From Gammaproteobacteria bacterium (lineage in GTDB: Bacteria > Pseudomonadota > Gammaproteobacteria > Nevskiales > Nevskiaceae), in NCBI GenBank assembly GCA_031396825.1, contig JANNLM010000026.1:1-45857 (forward strand): a DNA stretch of 45,857 nt. The letters run 5' to 3'. Of the stretch, positions 1 to 8,449 are shown in pieces (within the stretch, counting starts at the first letter, position 1; each line of letters starts with the position of its first letter). The position numbers and the translations under genes were made by a program. Under the pieces are notes generated by a model, which was not told the DNA's origin, did not search any database, and saw only the letters and a program-made list of their open reading frames with translations.

Positions 1-25
1 GACTCTACCATTGAGCTACACCCGC
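1..25 (-). tRNA. 5' fragment of a tRNA cut by the window edge. Possibly tRNA-Gly by the common tyr-gly-thr-tuf order; the anticodon is not in the window.
   Basis: The reverse complement reads GCGGGTGTAGCTCAATGGTAGAGTC, which is an acceptor 5' arm plus a complete D-arm (GCTC / AATGGTA / GAGT). It lies 22 nt downstream of tRNA-Tyr on the same strand. Confidence 0.5.
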
Positions 26-47
26 ATCGTCCCGCGCATTCTAAAGC

Positions 48-133
48 TGGTGGAGGGAGAAGGATTCGAACCTTCGAAGGCGTAAGCCAGCAGATTTACA
101 GTCTGCCCTCGTTGACCGCTTGAGTATCCCTCC
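48..133 (-). tRNA. tRNA-Tyr (anticodon GTA), 86 nt with long variable arm and encoded CCA
   Basis: The reverse complement is GGAGGGATACTCAAGCGGTCAACGAGGGCAGACTGTAAATCTGCTGGCTTACGCCTTCGAAGGTTCGAATCCTTCTCCCTCCACCA. It has a 7-bp acceptor stem (GGAGGGA/TCCCTCC), anticodon stem-loop GCAGA-CTGTAAA-TCTGC, T-arm GAAGG-TTCGAAT-CCTTC and a class II variable arm. Confidence 0.92.
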
Positions 134-180
134 GCCGTCCCCGCTGCCGCCCGGCTGCAGGGCCGGCAAAAAGGGCGCGT

Positions 181-209
181 ATTGTCGTTTTCGACCCCCG
201 GCCCGTCAA
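181..209 (-). promoter_or_regulatory. Putative sigma70 promoter of the tRNA operon
   Basis: The minus strand reads TTGACG (204-209), a 17-nt spacer, then GACAAT (181-186). A GC-rich discriminator ACGCGCC follows, as in stringently controlled stable-RNA promoters. The element lies about 45 nt upstream of the tRNA-Tyr 5' end. Motif match only. Confidence 0.3.
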
Positions 210-225
210 GAACAAATCGCTGATT

Positions 226-2535
226 TCAGGGCTTGCTGGCTGCCGAAAACGCCCTCGTCCCACGCAGACGCAGGGCATTCCCCACCACCGAGGCCGAACT
301 CAGGCTCATGGCCAGGGCCGCGAGCATCGGCGACAGCAGGACGCCGAAGATCGGAAACAGCACGCCTGCCGCGATCGGGACCCCCAGGCCGTTGTAAATC
401 AGCGCGAATCCCAGGTTCTGCTTCATGTTCCGCACCGTGGCCTGCGACAGCTCAACCGCGCGTGCGATGCCGAGCAGATCGCCTTTCACCAGCGTGACGT
501 GCGCGCTGTTCATGGCGACGTCGGTGCCGGTGCCCATGGCGATGCCGACATCCGCGCCGGCCAGCGCGGGCGCGTCATTGATGCCATCCCCCGCCATGGC
601 CACCCTGCGGCCCTGCGCCTTGAAGTCGGCCACGAGCCTGGCCTTCCCCTCGGGCCGGATTTCGCCGTACACCTCGTCGATGCCCAGGCGTCGCGCGACG
701 GCACGTGCCGTCGTCTCGCCATCCCCGGTCGCCATGACCACCCGGATGCCAAGCGCGCGCAGCTTGTCGAGCGCCTCGGGCGTGGACGCCTTGATGGGGT
801 CGGACACCGTCACCAAGCCCGCGAGCTTCGAACCGATGGCGAGGAACATGACGCTGCCACCCTCAGCGCGCAGTTCTTCGGCGACCTTGATCAGGCCAGA
901 CACGTCCGCGCCGATCTCCTTCATCAGCGCGGTGTTGCCCAGATGCAGGCGCTGTCCTGCCACCCCACCGCGTACGCCGATACCGGTCACCGACTCGAAG
1001 TTCTCCACCGGCAGCAGCGCCAGGTTCTGCCGGCGTGCCTCCGCCACGATGGCCTCCGCCAAGGGATGTTCGCTGCCCTGATCCAGGCTGGCTGCGAGTT
1101 GCAGCACCTGTTCGGGGGTGTGGCCGCCGACGGCCTGCACGCTGTGAAAGGCAGGCTTGCCCTGCGTGAGCGTGCCGGTCTTGTCCACGATGAGGGTGTC
1201 GATGCGACGCAGCATCTCGATGGCGGCGGCATCGCGGAACAGAATGCCGGAACTCGCGGCGCGGCCGGTGGCGACCATGATCGACATCGGCGTCGCCAGT
1301 CCCAGTGCACACGGACAGGCAATGATCAGCACCGCTACCGCGTTGATGAAGCCGTAGACCCACGATGGCTCTGGCCCGAAGAAACCCCAGACCAGCAAGG
1401 TCGCGATTGCGATGCCGATCACGCCGAGCACGAACCAGAAACTCACCGCATCGGCCATGCGCTGCATCGGTGCGCGGGACCGCTGGGCCTGCGCCACCAT
1501 GTGGACGATCTGGGACAGCAAGGTGCCGGCGCCCACCTTCTCGGCACGGATCACGAGGCTGCCGTTGCCGTTGAGCGTGGCGCCGATCACCGCATCACCG
1601 GGCTTGCGATGCACCGGCAGCGGCTCGCCGGTGAGCATCGACTCATTGACATGGCTCTCGCCTTCGAGCACGACGCCATCGATCGGTACCTTCTCGCCCG
1701 GCCGCACGCGCAGCCGATCGCCCACCTGTACCTGGTCGAGTGCAACGTCCGCTTCGGTCCCATCTTCGTTCAAGCGCCGAGCCGTCTTGGGTGACAGTCC
1801 CAGCAGGGAGCGAATCGCGGCCGAAGTCTGCGAACGAGCCTTGAGCTCCAGCATCTGTCCGAGCAAGGTCAGCGATACGATGATGGCCGCCGCTTCGAAG
1901 TACACGCCGATCCGGCCGTGTGCCGCAAAGCTCGCCGGGAAAACGCCGGGCGCGAGGGTGGCCACCACGCTGTAGACATAGGCTGCGGCCACACCCAACC
2001 CGATGAGCGTAAACATGTTCGGGCTGCGGTTTCCGATCGACTGCACGCCGCGTTCGAGGAAGGGCCAGCCTGCCCACAGCACGACCGGCGTCGCCAGCAC
2101 CAGCTCCACCCAGGACTGCGCCGCCATGCTCATGAGCCCGAGCCGGTGGCCCACCATCGCCAGCATCAGCACGATCACCGACAGCGGCAGGGTCCACCAG
2201 AAACGGCGCGTGAAGTCACGCAGCTCAGGGCTTTCGTCATCACCCTCCAGGCTCGGCATCTCCGGTTCCAGCGCCATGCCGCATTTGGGGCAAGTGCCGG
2301 GACGGTCCTGACGGATTTCGGGGTGCATCGGGCAGGTGTAGACCGTTCCCGCGGGCACCGCTGCCAACGCCGCCGCGGCCTTGGGGACCAGGTATTTCGC
2401 CGGATCGGCCGCGAACTTCGTCTGGCAGCCCTGGCTACAGAAGTAGTAGGTGTGCCCCGCGTGGCGATGGGATCGAGCGGTCTTCGGGTCGACCGTCATT
2501 CCGCACACCAGGTCCTTCTGGCTGCCACTGCTCAT
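226..2535 (-). CDS. Cu(I)-exporting P1B-1-type ATPase with a YHS/TRASH-type N-terminus
   Basis: Catalytic motifs DKTGTLT, TGEP and GDGINDAP are present. TM6 carries CPC ([11 protein letters not shown]). TM7 carries N-x6-YN-x4-P ([14 protein letters not shown]). TM8 carries M-x2-SS-x5-N ([11 protein letters not shown]). The N-terminus has VCGM...[12 protein letters not shown] (YHS/TRASH) and YTCPMHPE...CPKCGM. I set the start at ATG 2535 (MSSGSQ), which makes an ATGA overlap with the stop of the upstream ORF. Confidence 0.9.
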   Translation of the reverse strand: MSSGSQKDLVCGMTVDPKTARSHRHAGHTYYFCSQGCQTKFAADPAKYLVPKAAAALAAVPAGTVYTCPMHPEIRQDRPGTCPKCGMALEPEMPSLEGDDESPELRDFTRRFWWTLPLSVIVLMLAMVGHRLGLMSMAAQSWVELVLATPVVLWAGWPFLERGVQSIGNRSPNMFTLIGLGVAAAYVYSVVATLAPGVFPASFAAHGRIGVYFEAAAIIVSLTLLGQMLELKARSQTSAAIRSLLGLSPKTARRLNEDGTEADVALDQVQVGDRLRVRPGEKVPIDGVVLEGESHVNESMLTGEPLPVHRKPGDAVIGATLNGNGSLVIRAEKVGAGTLLSQIVHMVAQAQRSRAPMQRMADAVSFWFVLGVIGIAIATLLVWGFFGPEPSWVYGFINAVAVLIIACPCALGLATPMSIMVATGRAASSGILFRDAAAIEMLRRIDTLIVDKTGTLTQGKPAFHSVQAVGGHTPEQVLQLAASLDQGSEHPLAEAIVAEARRQNLALLPVENFESVTGIGVRGGVAGQRLHLGNTALMKEIGADVSGLIKVAEELRAEGGSVMFLAIGSKLAGLVTVSDPIKASTPEALDKLRALGIRVVMATGDGETTARAVARRLGIDEVYGEIRPEGKARLVADFKAQGRRVAMAGDGINDAPALAGADVGIAMGTGTDVAMNSAHVTLVKGDLLGIARAVELSQATVRNMKQNLGFALIYNGLGVPIAAGVLFPIFGVLLSPMLAALAMSLSSASVVGNALRLRGTRAFSAASKP

Positions 2536-3656
2536 GACGAGGACCCCTGAGCCGCGCCCAGGGCACCGATGAGACAGCACGCCGCGCCGACCTGAAGAGG
2601 AGCAAAGCCGCTGCCCGGCGTGCGGATGCCGACGACCTGCCCGTGAAAGACGCGCGCCGCGGCGCCGATGACCGAGCCTCTATCGGCAAAGAAGCGAACG
2701 TCGTACTTCCATTGCCGGCCATCGCGGTCGATGACCGGGTGGGGCGCGTAACGCTGGGCCAGATAGTCGTCCGCCGGCAACTCCTCCAACTTGCGACGAC
2801 TGATGCTCTTGCCCACGTACACACCGCGGCTGGAGTATCCGTCGGCAGGCTTGAACACCCATTGGTTTCGCTCGGTGTACCACTCGGGCGCGGAGCGCAC
2901 GCTCATTGGCAAGGTCTCGGCGACGCGGAACGATTGTCCGGTCGTTGCGTCCCGCGCCAGTTCGGCGTGTTTCGACCATTCGATGAAGCGCCGCTTGTCG
3001 GCGATGGCGCGATACGCCTGCGGCGACGGCGCCAGGACGGTGGTTCCCGCCGACACCGCTTGTCGCACCGCCGCGTGTTCGGGTGCGCTCAACTGGAAGT
3101 CGGTGCTGCGCCAGTAGACGCGATCAACCGGTTCGCCTGCGTGACGCAGGCGGCCGTCGCTGAAACCGAGTTCCGCGGCATCGACCACGCGAACGTCTCG
3201 CGCAAACGGTCGCAGCAACCCGGCCAGCGCGTTCATTTCGGCCAGCAAGGGTTGCGCGCCGAGTTGATCGTCCACGATCGCCACCAGGCCGGTCGCCTGC
3301 GCGTCCGGCCCCAGCAGATCGCGGCGGAACAGCGCGAGCAGTCGCTCCTCCAGCATGCCCTGCTCCCAGGCCGCGCAGCAGTCGTTGCCATGCCGGGCAG
3401 CCTGTATCGCCGTGAGTACGCCGCCTGCATTGGTATTGACCTCGATCAGGACAGGACCCTCGGGCGCGGGATGGACGTCGTAACTGAGCAACAGCGGCCT
3501 GGAGTCGGCCAGGGGGTCAGCCGCGAGGATGCGCGCCCACAGCGTTGCGATGCCTCGCGCGATGAGCTTCATCGCCGCCGCCGAGACGGGAATGGCCTGC
3601 TCGAGGATGGGCAGGCCGAAGGGGCTGGACGTCGCCGGGCTCGGGGCCGAGACCAC
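2532..3656 (-). CDS. Circularly permuted ATP-grasp amidoligase (glutathionylspermidine-synthase-like fold)
   Basis: The ATP-grasp nucleotide-site motifs occur in permuted order. The E-x-N type motif ([12 protein letters not shown]) lies N-terminal to the Lys/Gly-rich loop ([17 protein letters not shown]), LAQRYAP and KYDVRFFA. The start is uncertain. GTG 3656 overlaps the upstream stop (TAGTG); the alternative ATG 3572 gives MKLIARG. The ORF-track start at 3902 would overlap the upstream gene. Confidence 0.6.
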   Translation of the reverse strand: MVSAPSPATSSPFGLPILEQAIPVSAAAMKLIARGIATLWARILAADPLADSRPLLLSYDVHPAPEGPVLIEVNTNAGGVLTAIQAARHGNDCCAAWEQGMLEERLLALFRRDLLGPDAQATGLVAIVDDQLGAQPLLAEMNALAGLLRPFARDVRVVDAAELGFSDGRLRHAGEPVDRVYWRSTDFQLSAPEHAAVRQAVSAGTTVLAPSPQAYRAIADKRRFIEWSKHAELARDATTGQSFRVAETLPMSVRSAPEWYTERNQWVFKPADGYSSRGVYVGKSISRRKLEELPADDYLAQRYAPHPVIDRDGRQWKYDVRFFADRGSVIGAAARVFHGQVVGIRTPGSGFAPLQVGAACCLIGALGAAQGSSS

Positions 3657-4120
3657 TACGCGACTCCGGTCGGCGCGACTCGCCGCGTGAGCGCGCGGGC
3701 AAGATAAAAGCTCAGCGGGAAAAGGATCAGCAATTGCGCAATCGGCAACGCCGAAATCGACGTGCCGGGCACGCGTGGCGCGGCATCGGTATACGCCCAT
3801 CGACTCGTCTGCAACGCGTAGGCCTCCACGGCGACGCCCAGGATCAGCGCCATGCCGAGGAGCGTAAACCATACGCCGGCCGACCAGGCGCGATGCGGCC
3901 ACGAAGCGCCATGAATCGCGGCCACCCCGCAGTAGGCGAGCAAGGTCAGCGCCACGTCACCGAGTGTCGCGATCAGCATCGCAGCAGTCGTCGCAGGCGC
4001 AGCGCCATGAACGAAGTAGGGCTGGCACTGCAACCACTCCCAGGCCAGATGCAACGGAGAGCTGATGAGTACGAGCGCGACCAGGAACAGAACGCGGGGT
4101 TGTACCACGCTCACCACCAC
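3656..4120 (-). CDS. Small integral membrane protein (about 4 TM), function unknown
   Basis: 154-aa ORF with four hydrophobic stretches (LFLVALVLISSPL, AAMLIATLGDVALTLLAYCGVAAI, VWFTLLGMALILGVAVEAYAL, ALPIAQLLILFPLSFYLA). A run of GTG start candidates (4120/4117/4114) overlaps the copB stop at 4111-4113. Its own stop overlaps the next start. No family recognised. Confidence 0.5.
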   Translation of the reverse strand: MVVSVVQPRVLFLVALVLISSPLHLAWEWLQCQPYFVHGAAPATTAAMLIATLGDVALTLLAYCGVAAIHGASWPHRAWSAGVWFTLLGMALILGVAVEAYALQTSRWAYTDAAPRVPGTSISALPIAQLLILFPLSFYLARALTRRVAPTGVA

Positions 4121-5049
4121 ATCCGGATGCCCGCCACGAAACGGTGTTCGTTGATCGGATCGCCTTCGGCGCGACGGCGGTCAGCGGTGCCGGCAAAGGC
4201 ACGCTCCCACACATAGCCCACGTAGGGCGCGAACTTCCGGTGCAGCTCATAGCGCAGGCGCAATCCGCCTTCGACATTGCCGAGTCCAGCGCCCAGGCCG
4301 CGCTCGTTTTCCGACTTGCTGTAGGCGTTGGCCTCGATGCTCGGCACCAGGATCAGGCGGTTGGTGAGGTGCAGGTCGTAAGCCGCCTTCGCACGCGCCG
4401 ACAGCCGCCCGTCGTCGCCCACGTAGCCGGTCGCTTCAACTTTGAACAGGAAGGGCGCCAGACCTTCTATGCCCGCGGCCAAGTACGTATGAGCGCCGGC
4501 ACCGAAGTCCTGCCGCAGCCCAAGCTGTGTTCCCCAGAACGCCGTGCAAGGGCGCCACCACAGCACCTCGCCGCTGGTGGTCGGGTCGAGTTCGCCGGGG
4601 ACCTTCAGCCCCTGTGTGCGTAGCCACAGCTTGTCCCGCGCGCCGCCGTAATTCGCTTGCGCATTCCAGGCATAACCCTCGCCCTCGTTGCCGGATACGA
4701 ACTCCAGCTCGTCGAGCAGCACCATGCCAAACACGATTTGATCGGTGGCCTCCATGCCTGGCATGCCGGTGTATTCGTAGCCCTCGGCGTAGGCGTCCGG
4801 ATCGCGTGCGTCCGGCGGCGCGGCGCCGCCTTGCATGGAACCCGTGTCCATCTTCTGCACCGGCGCGCCGGCGGCCGGTGTCGATCCCATGTCCATCCCG
4901 GCCATTGGCTCGGCCGGTGCTGCCGGGACATGCGTGTGTCCAAAGTGACTGGGTGCCGGCTCGCCTGCGGCGGCCGTGTCGAACAACGACAGCATCGCGA
5001 GGCATCCGCTCGCGGCCGCGGCGAGCCCGCTGCCGCGCTTGCGATTCAT
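4111..5049 (-). CDS. copB: Copper resistance protein B (CopB/PcoB outer-membrane protein)
   Basis: Signal peptide MNRKRGSGLAAAASGCLAMLSLFDTAAA, then a Met/His-rich N-terminal region (HFGHTHV, MAGMDMG, QKMDTGSMQG). Conserved CopB blocks follow: DPDAYAEGYEY, LLDELEF and AQANYGGARDKLWLRTQG. The start at ATG 5049 lies 8 nt after the copA stop. Confidence 0.85.
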   Translation of the reverse strand: MNRKRGSGLAAAASGCLAMLSLFDTAAAGEPAPSHFGHTHVPAAPAEPMAGMDMGSTPAAGAPVQKMDTGSMQGGAAPPDARDPDAYAEGYEYTGMPGMEATDQIVFGMVLLDELEFVSGNEGEGYAWNAQANYGGARDKLWLRTQGLKVPGELDPTTSGEVLWWRPCTAFWGTQLGLRQDFGAGAHTYLAAGIEGLAPFLFKVEATGYVGDDGRLSARAKAAYDLHLTNRLILVPSIEANAYSKSENERGLGAGLGNVEGGLRLRYELHRKFAPYVGYVWERAFAGTADRRRAEGDPINEHRFVAGIRMWW

Positions 5050-5057
5050 GCGCGCGT

Positions 5058-6761
5058 TCAGGCGACCACCACTTCGCGGAACATGCCCGCCGCCATGTGA
5101 TAGAGCAGATGGCAGTGGAACGCCCAGCGGCCGGGCGCGTCGGCGGTCACGCCAATGCTGACGCGCTGCGCCGGTTGCACCGAGACCGTGTGCTTGCGCA
5201 CCTGGAAATCGCCGCATTCCGATTCCAGTTCCATCCACATGCCGTGCAGATGCATGGGATGAATCATGTTGGTGTCGTTGGCCAGAATCAGGCGCAGCCG
5301 TTCACCACTGCGGAAGTGGATGGGTTTGGCCTCGCTGTGCCTGACGCCGTCGAACGACCACTCGTAACGCTCCATGTTGCCGGTCAGGTGCAGCTCGATG
5401 TCGCGGCCGGGCTGACGGGCATCGAGCGCGCCGCCGGGCGTGCACAGGTCGGCATAGGTCAGCACGCGCCGGCCGTTGCCGCGCAGGTTGACCCCCGGGT
5501 CGTCGAGATTGGCGCGCGGAGAATCCACGCGCATGTCGACGCCAGGACCGTATTCGCTGCGCGCGTGGCGAGTCTTCTTCGGCATCGGCGCTGCACCACC
5601 GCTGCCGCCGGCCATCGGAGCCATGTCAGCCATGGCAGCCATCGATCCCATCATGTCGGTCTCGCTGAGCCAGACCGGCGCGTCGGGCTTCGGCACTGCG
5701 GCTTCCATTCCGGCACGCGGCGCAAGTGTGCCGCGGGCGAAGCCTGTGCGATCCATGCTCTGCGCGAAGATCGTGTGGGCGCGGTCGTCCGGCATCTGCA
5801 CAATGACGTCGTAGGTTTCGCCGGGGCCGATGCGGAACTCGTCCACCTCCACCGGCTCGACGTCCTGGCCGTCGGTGCCGACGACGCTGAGCTTGAGGCC
5901 GGGGATGCGCACGTCGAAGTAGGTCGCGGTGCCGGCGCCGATGAAGCGCAACCGCACGCGCTCGCCGGCGCGGGCGATGCCGGTCCAGTTGCTCGCCGGA
6001 TTGGCGCCATTCATGAGGTAGGTGTAGGTGGCGCCCGACACGTCGCTGTAGTCGGCCGGGCTCATGCGCGTGCGGTTCCACATGACCCGTCGCTGGTGCG
6101 TGGCAGGCAGCCCGAGGCGGGACCAGTCCGCGAACAGGTCCCTGGCCGCCGGTAACCCGTAGTTGTAGTAGCTGCCCATCTTTTTCAGGTTGAGATACAC
6201 CTGCAGCGGGGCCTCGTCGGTCCAGTCGCTGAGCACCACCGTGTAGTCGCGATCAGCGCGAGTCGGCTGGGGCACGCGCGGTTCGACCACGATGGCGCCA
6301 TACAGGCCGGTCTGCTCATGTAGCGTGTGTGCGTGATACCAATAGGTACCGGTCTGGCGCAGCGTGAATCGGTAGGTGAAGGTTTCGCCGGGTGCTATGC
6401 CCGGAAAGCTGATGCCGGGCACACCATCCATGCCGGGGGGAAGGAGCAGACCGTGCCAATGCACGGCGGTCATCTCGCTCAGCCGGTTGGTCACGCGCAA
6501 GCTGATCGTGTCGCCCTCGCGAACCCGCAGCACCGGCGCGGGCACTTGCCCGTTGACAGCCGTTGCCACGCTGGCCTGCCCGGTGAAGTTCACCGGCAAT
6601 TCGGCGATATCCAGTTCGAACTCGGTGCCGCGCAGTTCGCTTTGCAAACCGCCAGCCGCCAGCAAGCGCGCAGGCCACGAAGCGAGGGCGCCCAGCGCGG
6701 CGGTTGCCACGACACCCTGCACGAAGCGACGGCGGGTGACGGGGAATGGCGGGTTGATCAT
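5058..6761 (-). CDS. copA: Copper-resistance multicopper oxidase CopA/PcoA (three-domain, Tat-exported)
   Basis: Twin-arginine signal (VTRRRFVQGVVATAALGA). Copper motifs HWHG, WYHAH, HPMHLHG and HCHLLYHMAAGM are spread over the whole 567 aa. A Met-rich insert (MMGSMAAMADMAPMAGG) is present. Confidence 0.92.
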   Translation of the reverse strand: MINPPFPVTRRRFVQGVVATAALGALASWPARLLAAGGLQSELRGTEFELDIAELPVNFTGQASVATAVNGQVPAPVLRVREGDTISLRVTNRLSEMTAVHWHGLLLPPGMDGVPGISFPGIAPGETFTYRFTLRQTGTYWYHAHTLHEQTGLYGAIVVEPRVPQPTRADRDYTVVLSDWTDEAPLQVYLNLKKMGSYYNYGLPAARDLFADWSRLGLPATHQRRVMWNRTRMSPADYSDVSGATYTYLMNGANPASNWTGIARAGERVRLRFIGAGTATYFDVRIPGLKLSVVGTDGQDVEPVEVDEFRIGPGETYDVIVQMPDDRAHTIFAQSMDRTGFARGTLAPRAGMEAAVPKPDAPVWLSETDMMGSMAAMADMAPMAGGSGGAAPMPKKTRHARSEYGPGVDMRVDSPRANLDDPGVNLRGNGRRVLTYADLCTPGGALDARQPGRDIELHLTGNMERYEWSFDGVRHSEAKPIHFRSGERLRLILANDTNMIHPMHLHGMWMELESECGDFQVRKHTVSVQPAQRVSIGVTADAPGRWAFHCHLLYHMAAGMFREVVVA

Positions 6762-6814
6762 TTGCCTGGCTTCGATCAGGCGTCGGATCAGGGCTCTGGA
6801 GCGCGGATGTCTGC

Positions 6815-7222
6815 TTACATGTGCGGCATTGCGTCGGGCATCGGCTTGGGATCGGTGCCATCAGGCGGCGGCATCCCCATCGCGTCGTCGTCCTTTTCCA
6901 TGCAACCCATGCCCATGCAGTTCTTTTTCATCGGCGGAGCGGCGGGCGGCTGGTCCATCGCCATGCCGTGGAGACGCTGAAGCTCCCGAACCTGCGCGCG
7001 CAAGGATTTGATTTCCTGCTCCAGTTGCGCGTTGGTGCGCGCCGTGACTTTTGGAGCTTTTGGAGACTTCGCTGCCGGCGCCGGGGTGCCGGGGCTGGCG
7101 GCAGGCGGGGGCATCGGAGCCATGGGCTCCATCTGTGCGTGGGCCGTGGTCACGACCACGCCAAAAGCGAGAGCAGCCGCGGCCACCTGGCTGAGGATCG
7201 TTTGCATCGAATGGATACGCAT
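6815..7222 (-). CDS. Secreted Met-rich protein with a coiled-coil segment (putative periplasmic Cu-binding protein)
   Basis: GGAG lies 8 nt upstream of ATG 7222. Signal peptide MRIHSMQTILSQVAAAALAFGVVVTTAHA. The mature part holds MEPMAPMPPP, a helical stretch (LEQEIKSLRAQVRELQRL) and a C-terminal CMGMGCMEKDDDAMGMPPPDGTDPKPMPDAMPHM. Confidence 0.55.
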   Translation of the reverse strand: MRIHSMQTILSQVAAAALAFGVVVTTAHAQMEPMAPMPPPAASPGTPAPAAKSPKAPKVTARTNAQLEQEIKSLRAQVRELQRLHGMAMDQPPAAPPMKKNCMGMGCMEKDDDAMGMPPPDGTDPKPMPDAMPHM

Positions 7223-7255
7223 TGGGGTAACTCCGGGCAAGCGGGTGAAGAAACG

Positions 7256-7579
7256 TCAGGGGGTCTTGTGCTGATGCGGCCCGAGTTCGACGGGCGCCGC
7301 CTCGTCCGAGCTATGGCAGTCCTTCATGTGTTGTGCGGGGTCCATGCCCTGCATGCCGCGCGTATGCGGCATGGGATGGTCCGTCGGTTCGTGCGCCATG
7401 CTCTCGGTGCCGGCCTTGGGCACGCAGGTGATGACGGGCAAATTGGCGTGATCGTGCAGCCTGGGGTCCATGCCTTGCATGCCGCGGGTCTGCGGCATCG
7501 GGGCTTGTCCGTCGGCGGCACAGGCCGACACGCCACAAACCAGGACCAAAGCGGCCAAGCTGAGAGTCAACTTGTTCAT
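7256..7579 (-). CDS. Secreted (probably lipoprotein) Met/His-rich protein with an internal duplicated motif
   Basis: GGAG lies 7 nt upstream of ATG 7579. Signal/lipobox MNKLTLSLAALVLVCGVSAC. The motif MPQTRGMQGMDPRLHDH is repeated as MPHTRGMQGMDPAQHMKD. The DNA-level repeats are at 7338-7375 and 7463-7501. Confidence 0.6.
   Translation of the reverse strand: MNKLTLSLAALVLVCGVSACAADGQAPMPQTRGMQGMDPRLHDHANLPVITCVPKAGTESMAHEPTDHPMPHTRGMQGMDPAQHMKDCHSSDEAAPVELGPHQHKTP
7338..7375 (-). repeat. Intragenic direct repeat, copy 1 (encodes MPHTRGMQGMDP)
   Basis: gggtccatgccctgcatgccgcgcgtatgcggcatggg here versus ggggtccatgccttgcatgccgcgggtctgcggcatcgg at 7463-7501. Confidence 0.8.
7463..7501 (-). repeat. 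Intragenic direct repeat, copy 2 (encodes MPQTRGMQGMDP)
   Basis: Near-identical to 7338-7375 with a few mismatches; the two copies are about 125 bp apart. Confidence 0.8.
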
Positions 7580-7672
7580 GAAAGCACTCCGAATGTGAGT
7601 ATTTGCAGTGGATTGCATATTTCAGGATAGGTCTGAAGTTTGGCCGCCTCTGTACGCTGCCGCGCGTACCCC

Positions 7673-8449
7673 TCAGTGATGCTTGTAAAGGCCGACTCCA
7701 ACGATGTCGTTCCAGCTTGTGGTGTTGTGGCACTCGAAACACTGATCGACACGGGCGCCCTCCTTGCCAGATACCCTCTGTGACACCATCGCAAAGTGCC
7801 CCATCAGATGACTCGGTGGCGGCTGATGACACTGCACGCAGTCCCTGGAACTGGGAGACGGATGCTGGTAACCGGGCACGACCCAGGAGGCGAATGCATG
7901 GCACTGCGCACAGTCGTTGCCGAAGCGCTTGAAGTGGGGGTCCTTGCTGTCGTGGCAGCCGGCGCAATGCAGGGCCTCGCGCGCAGTGCCGGCATCGAAC
8001 TGCTCGGGGCTCCTGATGCGCAGCCAAGTCTCCAGCGACTGGAGCGTGGCGGCGCTATCGGGGTCGCTTTGAGATGCACTTGCCAGCGTCCGTGCCCCGA
8101 CCCTGGCGAGCGCCAGATGATCCATCACCACGGGCCTGGCGCCCGCCGCCTGATGTTCGATATGGCAGGCCGAACACTCCTGCACGCTCGCGTGGAACGC
8201 CGTCGGCTGACGCCCAAGCAGTCGCTCCGCATTCGCATGGCAGCTTGTGCACTTCGCCACTGTCACACCGACGGCAGGCTCATGGCACGCGCTGCACTGG
8301 TTGCTCAGAGTGGCATGGCGCGGCGATAGCGGGCCGGGACTCACCAGTTGCCGCGCCGCCGCCGTTACTGGCGCGACGGTGCTCACGGCAAGCACCCCTG
8401 CGGTGATCAGCACCAGCATCAGCACCAGCCAAAGTGCCGCGCGCCTCAT
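7673..8449 (-). CDS. Heptahaem c-type cytochrome, N-terminally anchored or secreted
   Basis: Seven CXXCH motifs: CSACH, CTSCH, CSACH, CAGCH, CAQCH, CVQCH, CFECH. N-terminal hydrophobic segment RRAALWLVLMLVLITAGVLAV. ATG 8449 forms an ATGA overlap with the upstream stop; GTG 8458 is an alternative start. Confidence 0.8.
   Translation of the reverse strand: MRRAALWLVLMLVLITAGVLAVSTVAPVTAAARQLVSPGPLSPRHATLSNQCSACHEPAVGVTVAKCTSCHANAERLLGRQPTAFHASVQECSACHIEHQAAGARPVVMDHLALARVGARTLASASQSDPDSAATLQSLETWLRIRSPEQFDAGTAREALHCAGCHDSKDPHFKRFGNDCAQCHAFASWVVPGYQHPSPSSRDCVQCHQPPPSHLMGHFAMVSQRVSGKEGARVDQCFECHNTTSWNDIVGVGLYKHH

Noticed and set aside
151-172. Hairpin CCGGC-tgcagg-GCCGG followed by CAAAAA between the ATPase gene and tRNA-Tyr
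   Set aside because: On the plus strand it is followed by an A-run. On the minus strand, the transcribed strand for both neighbours, the T-run precedes the stem. It therefore does not have intrinsic-terminator geometry in either direction. It lies inside the presumed tRNA leader and may just be leader structure.
3572-3902. N-terminal 82-110 residues of the 456-aa ORF-track version of the ATP-grasp gene
   Set aside because: This part would overlap the 3656-4120 membrane-protein gene by up to 247 nt, and it is Arg-rich and featureless. The start was moved to GTG 3656 (stop/start overlap) with ATG 3572 as the alternative.
7652-7669. GTACGC-N6-GCGTAC stem-loop 4 nt after the heptahaem cytochrome stop codon, within the 93-nt spacer that is the most AT-rich part of the copper operon
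   Set aside because: It has only 6 bp and no U-tract, so it is not a convincing terminator. Candidate -10/-35 hexamers in the spacer were weak (no more than 4/6 matches with poor spacing). I left it as a possible RNA-stability element or internal promoter region, not a called feature.
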